Of a stretch of DNA of 64,000 nt, positions 9,176 through 18,927 are shown one piece after another (the first letter of the stretch is position 1; each line of letters opens with the position of its first letter). The translations under genes were made by a program, and so were the position numbers. The stretch lies in contig CAVUDP010000004.1 of assembly GCA_963740315.1 (NCBI GenBank), forward strand, positions 416,001 through 480,000. The letters run 5' to 3'. The notes under the pieces are model-generated. The model saw only the letters and a list, made by a program, of their open reading frames with translations. It had not been told where the DNA came from and did not search any database. The stretch comes from an uncultured cyanobacterium. Lineage in GTDB: Bacteria > Cyanobacteriota > Cyanobacteriia > Cyanobacteriales > Nostocaceae.

Positions 9176-9766
9176 TCATCGATTTCTGGAATACCGGGGA
9201 CGACAAGGAGTACCCCAACAAACCTGTGCGTTAGGCATATCATTCAAAACCGTACTGCGGGCACCAACTACAGCATTCGCTCCAATTGTGACCCCAGGTC
9301 CGACAAAGCAATCTGTCGCAACCCAAGCACCATTACCAATTGCAACTTTCCCCGTTGTTAAACCGAAGGCTGGATCTTTGATATCGTGGCTACCAGTACA
9401 GATATAACTTTTCTGTGAAACTACGCAGTGAGAACCGATATTAATTTCGTCGATACTATATAAAACAACATCATCACCAATCCAACTGTAATCGCCAATA
9501 GTTACTTTCCAGGGATAGGTAAAACGGGCTGTAGGGCGAATCAATACATTTTTACCAATGCGTGCGCCAAAAAGACGTAACAGAGCGCAGCGTACACCAC
9601 TCATATTATGAACAGTCAGGGGAAAAGTAACAGCCTGCACGAACCACCAGAATAATATATACCAACCCGCACGCCCCCGGTCAAAGTCGGATTGGTCGTA
9701 TTTACGTAAATCTACAAAAGGTTCGGCATCTAATGTTGTGGGAATTGAAGATTGGGCATTAGGCAT
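9176..9766 (-). CDS. hpsU: WcaF-like hexapeptide acetyltransferase (hormogonium polysaccharide HpsU-like)
   Basis: LLRLFGARIG..V.IRPT, YPWK..IGD.SWIGD, CTGSHD hexapeptide repeats. Confidence 0.75.
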   Translation of the reverse strand: MPNAQSSIPTTLDAEPFVDLRKYDQSDFDRGRAGWYILFWWFVQAVTFPLTVHNMSGVRCALLRLFGARIGKNVLIRPTARFTYPWKVTIGDYSWIGDDVVLYSIDEINIGSHCVVSQKSYICTGSHDIKDPAFGLTTGKVAIGNGAWVATDCFVGPGVTIGANAVVGARSTVLNDMPNAQVCWGTPCRPRYSRNR

Positions 9767-9810
9767 CGTCGGGATTTTGGATTTTATATTTTGGATTTTA
9801 GATTAAAAAT

Positions 9811-9940
9811 TGTAGAGACGTAGCACTGCTACGTCTCTTAGAAGTTGAAAGTTGAAAGTTGAAAGTTGAAAGTTAGGAGTTAGGAAGCTTGGAGTTAGAA
9901 GTTAAAAGTTTTTTCTACCCCCTCTACCCCATCTCCCCAT
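9811..9940. repeat. palindromic SDR copy 2 followed by heptamer STRR (GAAAGTT, GGAGTTA)
   Basis: seen directly. Confidence 0.8.
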
Positions 9941-10881
9941 CAAGTTACAGGCTGACTAACCTTTCCAGAAATAGCAGGCTGGGGGTTTTGTGAAGCGCTT
10001 ACGGTATTCAAACTACCGCCACAGCTACGCAATTCGTAAAGTTTTACGCCGATTTGATATTCGTATTGACTCAAAAGTCTTCCGTAAATATATCCAGCTT
10101 TGCCGTCTAGGAAACCGCGCTGAATTATATAGAACAAAATAAAGCGTAAAAGTGGCTTAAATGGTAATCTTACCCAGATTTTCTTGAGGAAACGTTTGCG
10201 CTGTACTGCATCACCAAACAAACTTGCGCCGATGGTGCCGTCATCGCCTTTACCCGTAAGCAAGTTGTAGTAAACGCGAGCTTCCCAATTGGAATAACGA
10301 TTGTGTCTGGCTAACCAGTGGTAAAGATCGCGGAAATCTTCGTGAAGCATATCATTTTTGAGATATCCGACTTTATTACTTAAAACAACGTGTTCGTGAA
10401 CTTCGTTGTCGCCAGTATTGGGAATATCTTCAGTATTCAGGTTTTCGTAGCGACCTTCTTTATGCTTGAATAAACGCAGGTTCCAATCGGGATATTTACC
10501 ACCGTGGCGAATCCATTTACCCATGAAAAATACGCGGCGATTTAGATAGTAACCACCGTATTCTGCATTTTCGATCGCTAAAGCAATTTCATCCCATAAT
10601 TCAGGGGTAATACGCTCATCACAATCAACTATCAATACCCATTCATTGCGAAAAGGTAAGTTTTCTAAAGACCAATTTTTCTTTTTGGGCCAGCCCCCAA
10701 TAAATTCAAACTGTACGACTTTTGCACCTAAACTTTCAGAAATTTCGATGCTTCGATCGCTACTTTGAGAATCTACAACAAAAACTTCATCTGCTCTGGC
10801 GACACTAGCAAGACAAGCAGGTAAGTTTGCTTCTTCATTCTTAGCTGGGATTAAAACGGAAACTGGAATTTTAGCAGACAT
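9940..10881 (-). CDS. glycosyltransferase family 2
   Basis: SVLIPAKNEE, VVDSQSSD, VDCDE, EVHEH. Confidence 0.9.
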   Translation of the reverse strand: MSAKIPVSVLIPAKNEEANLPACLASVARADEVFVVDSQSSDRSIEISESLGAKVVQFEFIGGWPKKKNWSLENLPFRNEWVLIVDCDERITPELWDEIALAIENAEYGGYYLNRRVFFMGKWIRHGGKYPDWNLRLFKHKEGRYENLNTEDIPNTGDNEVHEHVVLSNKVGYLKNDMLHEDFRDLYHWLARHNRYSNWEARVYYNLLTGKGDDGTIGASLFGDAVQRKRFLKKIWVRLPFKPLLRFILFYIIQRGFLDGKAGYIYGRLLSQYEYQIGVKLYELRSCGGSLNTVSASQNPQPAISGKVSQPVT

Positions 10882-10891
10882 ATAATTATAT

Positions 10892-10971
10892 TTTAGTTGT
10901 TAGTTATTAGTTATTAGTTGTTAGTTGTTAGTCGTTAGTTATTAGTTGTTAGCTGTTAGTTGTTAGTTGTT
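10892..10971. repeat. STRR heptamer tract (TTAGTTG/TTAGTTA)
   Basis: about 11 tandem heptamers. Confidence 0.85.
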
Positions 10972-11023
10972 CAATTAATCAGCAACTATCCACTATCTAC
11001 TAACTACTATCAAACAAAACTAA

Positions 11024-11950
11024 CTACTTTTTTGTAGATAGAAGTCCCTGAATAGCTGCGTTTAAATAACCTATTTGACCGTAAGCATAAACAAGTTTAT
11101 CAAACCGTTCTGCGGGATCGGAATAATGTTGCACTGCTTTATATAAACCGCGTATAAACCGTTCGCCACCGCGCTGCAACTGCCCCGTATCGGCTTTACC
11201 GGCGAGTTGTTCTCGGTAACATTCGCTTATACCCTGCCACCAACCCCTACTTAAAAACCAGGAACGTTTAAGACGTTCTGGAGAGACATTATGAGCTACC
11301 AAAGCATCGGGAAGATAAGCTACTTCCCAACCTTTTTCTAAGGCTAATTCGGTCATTTGCAGTTCTTCATTGGAAAGTAAGTTTTTACCTACTCGTCCAA
11401 GATGGATGTCGAAACCTCCAATATCATCTAAAAAACTGCGCCGTATCGAATAATTTAAGCCTCTAGGAGTGTCACCTGGCTTTTCAATTTTGACAACGCG
11501 ATCCCCTAAATCGTAAGCTCCCAAATTACCAGCTAATCCCGGTGATAGCCATCGAGGTGGATTGATTTTATCGGGCCACAATAATGTGACTTTACCACCA
11601 GCGATCGCTAATTTAGAGTTGCTTTGATAGGCTGCGTAAAGAACCTGCAACCAGCCCTCGCTTGCTACAGCGTCGTCATCAAGATATGCCAAAATTTCAC
11701 TGTTGGCAGCTTTAGCACCAGTGTTACGGGCTACAGACAATCCGAGAACCGGCTCGTAAATATACTGAAGTAGGGGATTGTCTAATCGCTTTTCTACTAC
11801 TTGTTTGGTATTATCTTTTGACCCATTATCTATCACCACCACTTCAAAGCCTTGGGCAAAATCCTGTGATAAAAGGCTATCTATGGCAGCGCCTAAATAA
11901 TTATCCCGATTATGAGTACAGATAATGGCAGAAATTTGCGTGTCTGGCAT
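11024..11950 (-). CDS. glycosyltransferase family 2
   Basis: AIICTHNR, IDNGS.D, GLSVARN.G, YLDDD. Confidence 0.9.
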   Translation of the reverse strand: MPDTQISAIICTHNRDNYLGAAIDSLLSQDFAQGFEVVVIDNGSKDNTKQVVEKRLDNPLLQYIYEPVLGLSVARNTGAKAANSEILAYLDDDAVASEGWLQVLYAAYQSNSKLAIAGGKVTLLWPDKINPPRWLSPGLAGNLGAYDLGDRVVKIEKPGDTPRGLNYSIRRSFLDDIGGFDIHLGRVGKNLLSNEELQMTELALEKGWEVAYLPDALVAHNVSPERLKRSWFLSRGWWQGISECYREQLAGKADTGQLQRGGERFIRGLYKAVQHYSDPAERFDKLVYAYGQIGYLNAAIQGLLSTKK

Positions 11951-12123
11951 TTTTATTGCAATTTTAGATTTGCCGAAGTTGGATTTTATTAAGACTAATT
12001 CATCATAGCTTTACTGCCATAACATATTAGCTTTGACTAAAATTCAATATCCGCCTGGACAGAATCTTAACCAAAATTTTTATACACACCAACCGAGTTT
12101 TTTCGGATATAAGTTTTAAAGCT

Positions 12124-12891
12124 TTACTTTTGCTCTTTAATATGACCGTATAAAACTACAAGAGTTTCCGCTAATTGGTTTAAGCGATTTTCTAGTTTCT
12201 GCTTGCGTTCTAGAAATTGACGCAATTGTTGATAGCGGGCGATCGCCATACTAACGCTGGGGACTTGTTCGGGTGGACAGGGGCGGGACCAAACTTCACC
12301 ATTCTCATCCAAACCACACAAGCGGTAGCCAGTACGTGAAGATGGGGTATCTTTTTGAGCCGCGCAAATTTCTTCTACATAGTCCATCAAACGGTCAACT
12401 TCTGCATGACGTAGGGTTGCAGTAGCTTCTGCTTGTGGTTCTTTCTTATGAGATTCCAACCAGCCATTAACAATCGGTCCTTGTAAGTATAAATCCTGAA
12501 TTTGTTTGACAACTTTGTGTAGCTCAGTTTGCCAACCAGCAACAATTTCCTGAATTTCTTGCAAGACGTTAGATGCTAATGCAGGATTAGGGCCGTTGTG
12601 GTGGCTGCTGAAACTGGGAGTTTTGAACTTAGGAAGACTTGGGGGTTTAATGTCCTCATCTTGTGCGGGAAAGGTCTGAACTGAATTATCTTGTTCGGAA
12701 TAGTCTTCTTGCGACTGTATGTAAATTTCTTCGATAACTTCTGATGATGATTCATTTGCAGGGGCAGCAATGCGAAACGATAAAGATTCTTGAAGAGAAC
12801 CACTACTATCGGTATTTTCTTCGATAGGGTTCGTAACGCGAATGTCTAAATCCTGCAAAGTTTCCTCAATACGCTTCAATCCTGCTTTCAT
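12124..12891 (-). CDS. conserved cyanobacterial hypothetical protein (coiled coil)
   Basis: 255-aa ORF; GPIV.GWLES, GYRLCGLD, AIARYQ.LR blocks. Confidence 0.7.
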   Translation of the reverse strand: MKAGLKRIEETLQDLDIRVTNPIEENTDSSGSLQESLSFRIAAPANESSSEVIEEIYIQSQEDYSEQDNSVQTFPAQDEDIKPPSLPKFKTPSFSSHHNGPNPALASNVLQEIQEIVAGWQTELHKVVKQIQDLYLQGPIVNGWLESHKKEPQAEATATLRHAEVDRLMDYVEEICAAQKDTPSSRTGYRLCGLDENGEVWSRPCPPEQVPSVSMAIARYQQLRQFLERKQKLENRLNQLAETLVVLYGHIKEQK

Positions 12892-13118
12892 AGAATTATT
12901 CGGTGAAAGTTCCTGTATGCCGTCGGGTAATACAACGCTTTGTTTGACTCAAGTTAAATTTTAATTGAATTTTAAAGTCAACAAGAGCGATCGCATTAAC
13001 CCATATTGTTGTATTTTTATCTATTAAAAGTTATTTGTAACCGATAATCATACCTTTGAGGTAATAAATATCGAAAAAACTGCAACCCCACTTTATTAAA
13101 GATACTGAGGAAACGGCT

Positions 13119-13658
13119 TTGAGTAAAGTTATTCTTGTCACTGGTCCTGCGCGTTCCGGAAAAAGTGAATGGGCAGAAACTTTAGCAAACCAGTCTGCTA
13201 AAAATGTCGTTTATGTAGCAACAGCACTCTTATCACCAGATGACGAACAATGGCAGCAACGCATCATCCAACATAAAAATCGCCGTCCCCAAAGCTGGAT
13301 AACTTTAGAAGTTCCTTTTGAATTATCCGAGACTCTAGCAGATGCCAAACCTAATACTGTTATGCTAGTAGATTCTCTAGGAACCTGGGTAGCAAACTAT
13401 CTCGAAAAAGACGATGTAACTTGGCTTGATACAGTTGAAGAATTTTTACAAACAGTACAACTCGTTGCAGCATCCATGATTTTTGTCGCTGAAGAAACCG
13501 GATGGGGAGTAGTACCAGCATATCCCCTCGGTCAAACCTTCCGCGATCGCCTCGGTTCATTAACTCGCAAACTAGGCGTAATCAGCCAAACAACATACTT
13601 AGTAACCGCCGGACACGTCCTTAATCTCAGCGTACTCGGTAATCGTTTGCCTTCTTGA
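13119..13658 (+). CDS. cobU: adenosylcobinamide kinase/adenosylcobinamide-phosphate guanylyltransferase
   Basis: LVTGPARSGKS, RI..H..RRP, VDSLGTWV, EE.GWGVVP, FRD.LG. Confidence 0.93.
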   Translation: MSKVILVTGPARSGKSEWAETLANQSAKNVVYVATALLSPDDEQWQQRIIQHKNRRPQSWITLEVPFELSETLADAKPNTVMLVDSLGTWVANYLEKDDVTWLDTVEEFLQTVQLVAASMIFVAEETGWGVVPAYPLGQTFRDRLGSLTRKLGVISQTTYLVTAGHVLNLSVLGNRLPS

Positions 13659-13775
13659 TGGGATGGGGGGATGGGGGAGACAAGGGGACAAGGGGAAGAA
13701 TAACTAGTTTCTAACTCCTAGCTCTTAACTCCTAACTCTTTCCCAATGCCCAATTCTGCAATTCTTAATTCTTAA
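13659..13775. repeat. mixed STRR tract
   Basis: GGGGGAT, GACAAGGG, CTAACTC, CCCAATG units. Confidence 0.7.
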
Positions 13776-13831
13776 GTGTTTATTCAGGATTCACAATCCA
13801 AAATCCAAGCTTTAAAATCTAAAATTAAAGC

Positions 13832-14260
13832 ATGGCATCCAAAACAGAAGTTAAAAAATACCTGGCTCATTGGTTTCAGTTGGGCAAGAAAGTTTTTATA
13901 AACAACGGTGCGGCAAGCTTGCAGCCGCAAAAAGTTGTTGATGGTGAAAGCTACAGTGACGATTTTGAGGAATGCTGGCAAAAAGTTATCTCGCCCTCTT
14001 CGGGTGAGTGCTATCTCGAAGGTACTCAACAAACAATTGCCGAACTACTTTCACCTGAGTGGGATATGGTTTCTTGTTCCCGTTGCGATATGCCGGTACC
14101 CTTGAGATTAGGTATGCCGAAGTTGTGCCCTTGTAACGATCTCCCAAATTGGCCCAATACCGAACTTCCACCACCACGAGAACCAGTGCGATCGCATTTG
14201 CAATTAACTAAAATTCGCGATCGGCTTACGGTAAATCAATCATCTGAGATCGCGGATTAA
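13832..14260 (+). CDS. conserved cyanobacterial hypothetical protein (Cys-rich C-terminus)
   Basis: YLA.WFQLGK, C.RC.MP, CPC.DL..WPN.ELP.PR. Confidence 0.75.
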   Translation: MASKTEVKKYLAHWFQLGKKVFINNGAASLQPQKVVDGESYSDDFEECWQKVISPSSGECYLEGTQQTIAELLSPEWDMVSCSRCDMPVPLRLGMPKLCPCNDLPNWPNTELPPPREPVRSHLQLTKIRDRLTVNQSSEIAD

Positions 14261-14281
14261 TAAGCACAAGTTTGGAATTTT

Positions 14282-14315
14282 AAGCCCACTTAGTTTAGGT
14301 GGGTTTTGTTTTTTT
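14282..14315 (+). terminator. intrinsic terminator
   Basis: AGCCCAC..GTGGGTT hairpin plus T run. Confidence 0.6.
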
Positions 14316-14503
14316 ATATATTCAGAATTTAATTGTTGTAGGTTTTTTATACAATCTTAAATAGTTGATAAGAATTAAGAAACTCAGTTTTTTTTGAAAA
14401 AATCGGGTTTCTATCGTTAACTTAATTGAAGGTGGTTTCTTAATCTCTGTCATCATAGAGAATGTGAGAAGTAAATTAAATTATAAAAATACTACATAAG
14501 GCT

Positions 14504-15451
14504 GTGCAGATAACATTTTTAGGGACGAGTTCTGGGGTACCCACGCGATCGCGCAATGTTTCTAGTGTTGCCCTTCGATTACCGCAAAGAGCAGAATTAT
14601 GGTTATTCGACTGTGGTGAAGGTACTCAACACCAACTATTGCGGAGTGACTTGAAAATGAGTCAGCTCTCCCGAATTTTCATAACTCATATGCACGGCGA
14701 CCATATATTTGGCTTGATGGGGCTTCTTGCTAGCTCCGGTTTAGCTGGTAATGTACGTCGGGTTGATATTTATGGTCCGTCGGAATTAAACGAATATTTG
14801 CAAGCGTGCAGGCGTTATTCTCATACACACTTTTCTTATCCGGTAAAAGTTCACGCCGTTCGTCCGGGGATAGTTTATGAAGATGCCGAATTCACCGTCA
14901 GCTGTGATATTTTACATCATCGAGTCACAGCCTATGGTTATCGCGTAGAGGAAAAAAACCGAGCGGGAAGATTTGATGTAGAAAAAGCCAAAGCCTTAGA
15001 AATTCCACCCGGTAGAATTTACGGTCAACTCAAACGCGGTGAAACGGTAACTTTAAAAGATGGTAGAGTTATCAACGGTTCCGACTTGTGCGGACCTACA
15101 GAAATTGGACGCAAATTTGCTTATTGTACCGACACGGTTTTCTGTGAAAATGCAGTCGATTTAGCTAAAGATGCGGATGTATTGATTCACGAAGCCACTT
15201 TCGCCCACGAAGATTCGCAGATGGCTTTCGACCGCCTGCATTCCACATCCACAATGGCAGCGCAAACAGCATTAGCAGCAGGCGCACATCAGTTAATTAT
15301 GAGTCACTTTAGCCCCCGTTACGCCCCAGGAAACGCGATCGAATTAAAAGACTTACTTCACGAAGGTAGAGCAATTTTCCCCAACACCCAAATGGCTTAC
15401 GATTTCATGACCTACGACGTGCCCAGAAGACGGGAATCAGTTAGGAGTTAG
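14504..15451 (+). CDS. rnz: ribonuclease Z
   Basis: [24 protein letters not shown], exosite PPG, HEATF, HST, HFSPRY. Confidence 0.96.
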   Translation: MQITFLGTSSGVPTRSRNVSSVALRLPQRAELWLFDCGEGTQHQLLRSDLKMSQLSRIFITHMHGDHIFGLMGLLASSGLAGNVRRVDIYGPSELNEYLQACRRYSHTHFSYPVKVHAVRPGIVYEDAEFTVSCDILHHRVTAYGYRVEEKNRAGRFDVEKAKALEIPPGRIYGQLKRGETVTLKDGRVINGSDLCGPTEIGRKFAYCTDTVFCENAVDLAKDADVLIHEATFAHEDSQMAFDRLHSTSTMAAQTALAAGAHQLIMSHFSPRYAPGNAIELKDLLHEGRAIFPNTQMAYDFMTYDVPRRRESVRS

Positions 15452-15550
15452 CAGTTAGGAGTTAGCAGTTAGGAGTTAGCAGTTAGGAGTTAGCAGTTAG
15501 GAGTTAGGAGGTAGGAGTTAGGAGTTAGGAGTTAGGAGTTAGAAGTTAGG
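15438..15550. repeat. STRR heptamer tract GGAGTTA/GCAGTTA overlapping the rnz stop
   Basis: about 15 tandem heptamers. Confidence 0.85.
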
Positions 15551-15567
15551 AGATTTTCTACCCCCTC

Positions 15568-15760
15568 TCCCCAAAGGTTACTGAGCTTGTCGAAGTACTC
15601 CCCATCCCCCCAAAGGTTACTGAGCTTGTCGAAGTACTCCCCATCCCCCCAAAGGTTACTGAGCTTGTCGAAGTACTCCCCATCCCCCCAAAGGTTACTG
15701 AGCTTGTCGAAGTACTCCCCATCTCCCCATCCCCCCATCCCCCCATCCCCCTCTCCCCCA
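15568..15760. repeat. 4 x 39-bp tandem repeat (core GGTTACTGAGCTTGTCGAAGTACTC) in C-rich STRR
   Basis: cores at 15576, 15615, 15654, 15693; identical linkers. Confidence 0.9.
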
Positions 15761-15822
15761 TCCCTTATCAAGAAAACTTTATACTTGAAATAGAACAATT
15801 TCTTAAAAAGGAGGGTCGAGAA

Positions 15823-17112
15823 ATGGCTCCCAATCCCGCCATCATGCAAGCTGTGGAAAAATTGAATTATCGGGTAACTGTTGGTGATGTGGCTACCCAG
15901 GCTGGATTGAATATCGAAATGGCGAATCAGGGTTTGTTGGCGCTTGCAACTGATGCTGGGGGACATTTGCAGGTGGCTGACACAGGTGATATTGTTTACC
16001 TTTTCCCACGTAATTTCCGCGATGTTTTACGAAATAAATATTTCAAATTAAAGTTGCAGGAATGGTGGAAAAAAATCTGGAAAGTTCTGTTTTATCTAAT
16101 TAGGATATCTTTTGGAATTATCTTAATTGGTTCTATCGCTTTAATTGCGATCGCTATTACTATGATTCTTAGTTCTTTATCGGATCGCGATGATAATGGA
16201 GGTGGTAATTTTGGCGGCGGCGGCGGTATAGGCTTTTTCTACTTTCCAGATTTATTTTGGTTTTTTAGTCCGAATTATAATAGTGGGTATCGAAGCCACG
16301 GACGACGACGCGAAAAGAGCGAGCTAAATTTTTTGGAAGCTGTATTTTCGTTTTTGTTTGGTGACGGAAATCCAAACGCGAATCTGCAAGAACGCCGCTG
16401 GCAGGAAATTGCGACTGTAATTCGTAACAATGACGGCGCGGTTGTTGCCGAACAAATTACACCTTATTTAGATAATCTTGGCGAAACATATCAACAAGAA
16501 TATGAAGATTATATGCTGCCGGTGCTGACAAAATTTAACGGCAAACCAGCGGTGAGTCCTGAAGGTGAAATTGTCTATTCTTTTCCAGAATTACAGGTAA
16601 CTGCTAAAAATAAAAATTCCCAATCAATTCCAGCTTTCTTAAGAGAATTTTCCTGGCGTTTCAGTAAAGCAACTTCCTCACAAGTAATGTTAAGTGCTGG
16701 ATTAGGAGCAGTAAACCTTGTCGGCGCTTTGATGTTGGGAGGATTATTACGAGATGGAACCCTAGCTAGACAAATTGGAGGGCTGGTTGCTTTCGTACAA
16801 GGAATTCACTGGTTGTTGATAGCTTACGGCATAGGCTTTCTAGCAATACCTTTAATACGATACTTTTGGATACAGTGGCGTAACCAAAAAATTAGCGATC
16901 GCAACACTCAGCGTCAAGCCAGAGCGAAGTACATAGCCGCTGCCGACGAAAAGTTACAGCAAAAAATCGATTATGCACATCAGTTCGCAACAAATACGGT
17001 TATCGACAAAGACAACTTAGTTTACTCGACCGAAACTGACTTAATTGAACAAGAATCCGAAAATTCCGCAAAACTTGACGCAGAATGGCGGAAACGACTT
17101 GAGGAAGAGTGA
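15823..17112 (+). CDS. conserved cyanobacterial/plastid membrane protein (At5g03900-like)
   Basis: RVTVGDVA.QAGL, FLEAVFSFLFGDG.PN, several TM segments. Confidence 0.75.
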   Translation: MAPNPAIMQAVEKLNYRVTVGDVATQAGLNIEMANQGLLALATDAGGHLQVADTGDIVYLFPRNFRDVLRNKYFKLKLQEWWKKIWKVLFYLIRISFGIILIGSIALIAIAITMILSSLSDRDDNGGGNFGGGGGIGFFYFPDLFWFFSPNYNSGYRSHGRRREKSELNFLEAVFSFLFGDGNPNANLQERRWQEIATVIRNNDGAVVAEQITPYLDNLGETYQQEYEDYMLPVLTKFNGKPAVSPEGEIVYSFPELQVTAKNKNSQSIPAFLREFSWRFSKATSSQVMLSAGLGAVNLVGALMLGGLLRDGTLARQIGGLVAFVQGIHWLLIAYGIGFLAIPLIRYFWIQWRNQKISDRNTQRQARAKYIAAADEKLQQKIDYAHQFATNTVIDKDNLVYSTETDLIEQESENSAKLDAEWRKRLEEE

Positions 17113-17330
17113 TGGGGAGTACTTCGACAAGCTCAGTAACCTTTGGGGGGATGGGGAGATGGGGAGTACTTCGACAAGCTCAGTAACCTTTGGGGGGATG
17201 GGGAGTACTTCGACAAGCTCAGTAACCTTTGGGGAGAGGGGGTAGAAAATCTACTAACTCATAACTCATAACTCCTAACTCCCAATTCCTAACTCATAAC
17301 TCCTAACTATTCCCCATCCCCAATTCCCAT
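17111..17330. repeat. 3 copies of the same 25-bp core in opposite orientation, plus STRR
   Basis: GAGTACTTCGACAAGCTCAGTAACC at 17117, 17164, 17203. Confidence 0.9.
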
Positions 17331-18497
17331 TTACTTAACTTCAATGGGCGCTAGGGCTACGTTTTTGTAGTAATGACTCAAAATTTGTAGGTGGTTGTAG
17401 CCTTGATTAGCTAAATAATTCGCGCCGTATTGACTCATACCTAAACCATGTCCCCAACCAAGCCCGTTTAGAACGAATGTACCGTTTTGCCCTTTGCTAA
17501 CGGTGAAGCGGGTACTGTTGAGCTTGAGTGCGGTACGAACTTGTTCTCCTTTTAACTCTTTGGTACCTTTTTCACCAATAATCTGCAATTTTTTAACGCT
17601 GTTAAAAGGCGATACTTCTACAGTTTTAATTTCCTTGACATCGCCAACTTCAGGAAACTTTTTATTAATTTGTGCGGATGAGAAACTTTGCTGCCATTGA
17701 CATCGAGGGGCAGTTTTAGCAAGATTGGGGGTATTTAAGTCGAAGTCGGGAACTGCACGCAGGTAAGGTAAGCTATTGCCCCATACGTCTTCTACGTTTT
17801 CGGTATGTCCGCCGGAGCAAGCATGAAATACTGATTCAATAATTTGATTATTGTGGGTTAATACTTGCCCTGCTGTAGCGTCTACTGCGGCGTAAATTTT
17901 AGGATGTTCTTTGGATACGCCTTGGTAAATCTGCCATTTATCTGGAGTGTCTCCGACATCATAAAGAGGATTAGTTTGCTCTTTCTGTCTTCTGTAAAGG
18001 GCGTAACTACGAGCGGCTATGGCTTGAGCTTGAAGGGCTTCGGGATGCCATCGAGCATCCATTTCGCCACCTAATACGCTGTAAAGATATTCTTCTAAAT
18101 CCACCCAGTTAACGGCGGTTAATCCTTTTTCTGTAGGGATAACTAAGGTTCTACCCCGATACCACTTGTCGCCAATGTAAACAAATCCTTTACCTTCGGG
18201 TTCGATCCAAAATAAAGGGGATTTCCACTTGTTTAAAGCGACTCCACCGGCAACTGCTTGAGCGTAGTATGCTTCTCTTGCCGGTAATTTTCCTAAAGTA
18301 TTTCCGCTTCCATCTTTAATAACCGCAGCCGTGTTGCTGCCGACTTTGACTTGTGGCTTATCCCGCTCAATCGCCACGCGCATAATTACCGATGCTTGTG
18401 CTGGGATAATCAAAAACATCCACAACAGCACGCCAAGCCACCAATGCCGTACTTTGATCTTAGATAACATAGAAGAATTGTAAAGGTGGAATTTCAT
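17331..18497 (-). CDS. SpoIID/LytB-domain peptidoglycan lytic protein
   Basis: LEEYL.SV...EM, EAL.AQAIAARSYA, Q.Y.G, GWGHGLGMSQYGA. Confidence 0.92.
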   Translation of the reverse strand: MKFHLYNSSMLSKIKVRHWWLGVLLWMFLIIPAQASVIMRVAIERDKPQVKVGSNTAAVIKDGSGNTLGKLPAREAYYAQAVAGGVALNKWKSPLFWIEPEGKGFVYIGDKWYRGRTLVIPTEKGLTAVNWVDLEEYLYSVLGGEMDARWHPEALQAQAIAARSYALYRRQKEQTNPLYDVGDTPDKWQIYQGVSKEHPKIYAAVDATAGQVLTHNNQIIESVFHACSGGHTENVEDVWGNSLPYLRAVPDFDLNTPNLAKTAPRCQWQQSFSSAQINKKFPEVGDVKEIKTVEVSPFNSVKKLQIIGEKGTKELKGEQVRTALKLNSTRFTVSKGQNGTFVLNGLGWGHGLGMSQYGANYLANQGYNHLQILSHYYKNVALAPIEVK

Positions 18498-18927
18498 GCT
18501 ACTGATAATAATCTGGTTAGATTTATATATGTTTGACGGATATTCAGACGGTAGTTTCCCTGAAAACGGGTTTTTATTTAAATTAAACGCAGGCTAATTA
18601 GACTAACAATAATTATATAGTTTTTTTAGTATTCTACATATGTTTATTTACTAATATAGATTGCTTACTTTCAAATTTATTAAATTAATCAAATTTTATA
18701 AACTCATCAATAATTATAATAGATTCTAATCCATATTATAAAAAGTATTGACTAGGTTACGTATATTCTTATGCCATAATTTAAATTGTTTTGTACGAGC
18801 AATTTATAATTCTAATTTTATTGCGATCGCAAAATATTCCCAGAGATAAGCGGAAGAGAAATTAAATTGATTGCTAATCCCATCTACCGCTTAAAATTAT
18901 TTTTTCATAGCATAAAAATTAACCGTT

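Noticed and set aside
12892..13118. Possible cobalamin riboswitch upstream of cobU (CGGTGAAAG.., imperfect hairpin)
   Set aside because: No GGGAA or CCCGC.ACTGT B12-box elements recognisable; the region is a divergent promoter spacer
15568..15720. CRISPR-like array of 25-bp repeats (also 17117-17227 and 28235-28361)
   Set aside because: Linkers are identical or low-complexity and only 14-30 nt; no unique spacers and no cas genes
15532..15966. ORFs with GDGEYFDKLSNLW, STSTSSVTFGG or SKYSPSPQRLL repeats (also 17045-17245)
   Set aside because: Open frames are a by-product of the 39-bp (3n) DNA repeat; not credible RiPP precursors, and no modifying enzymes nearby
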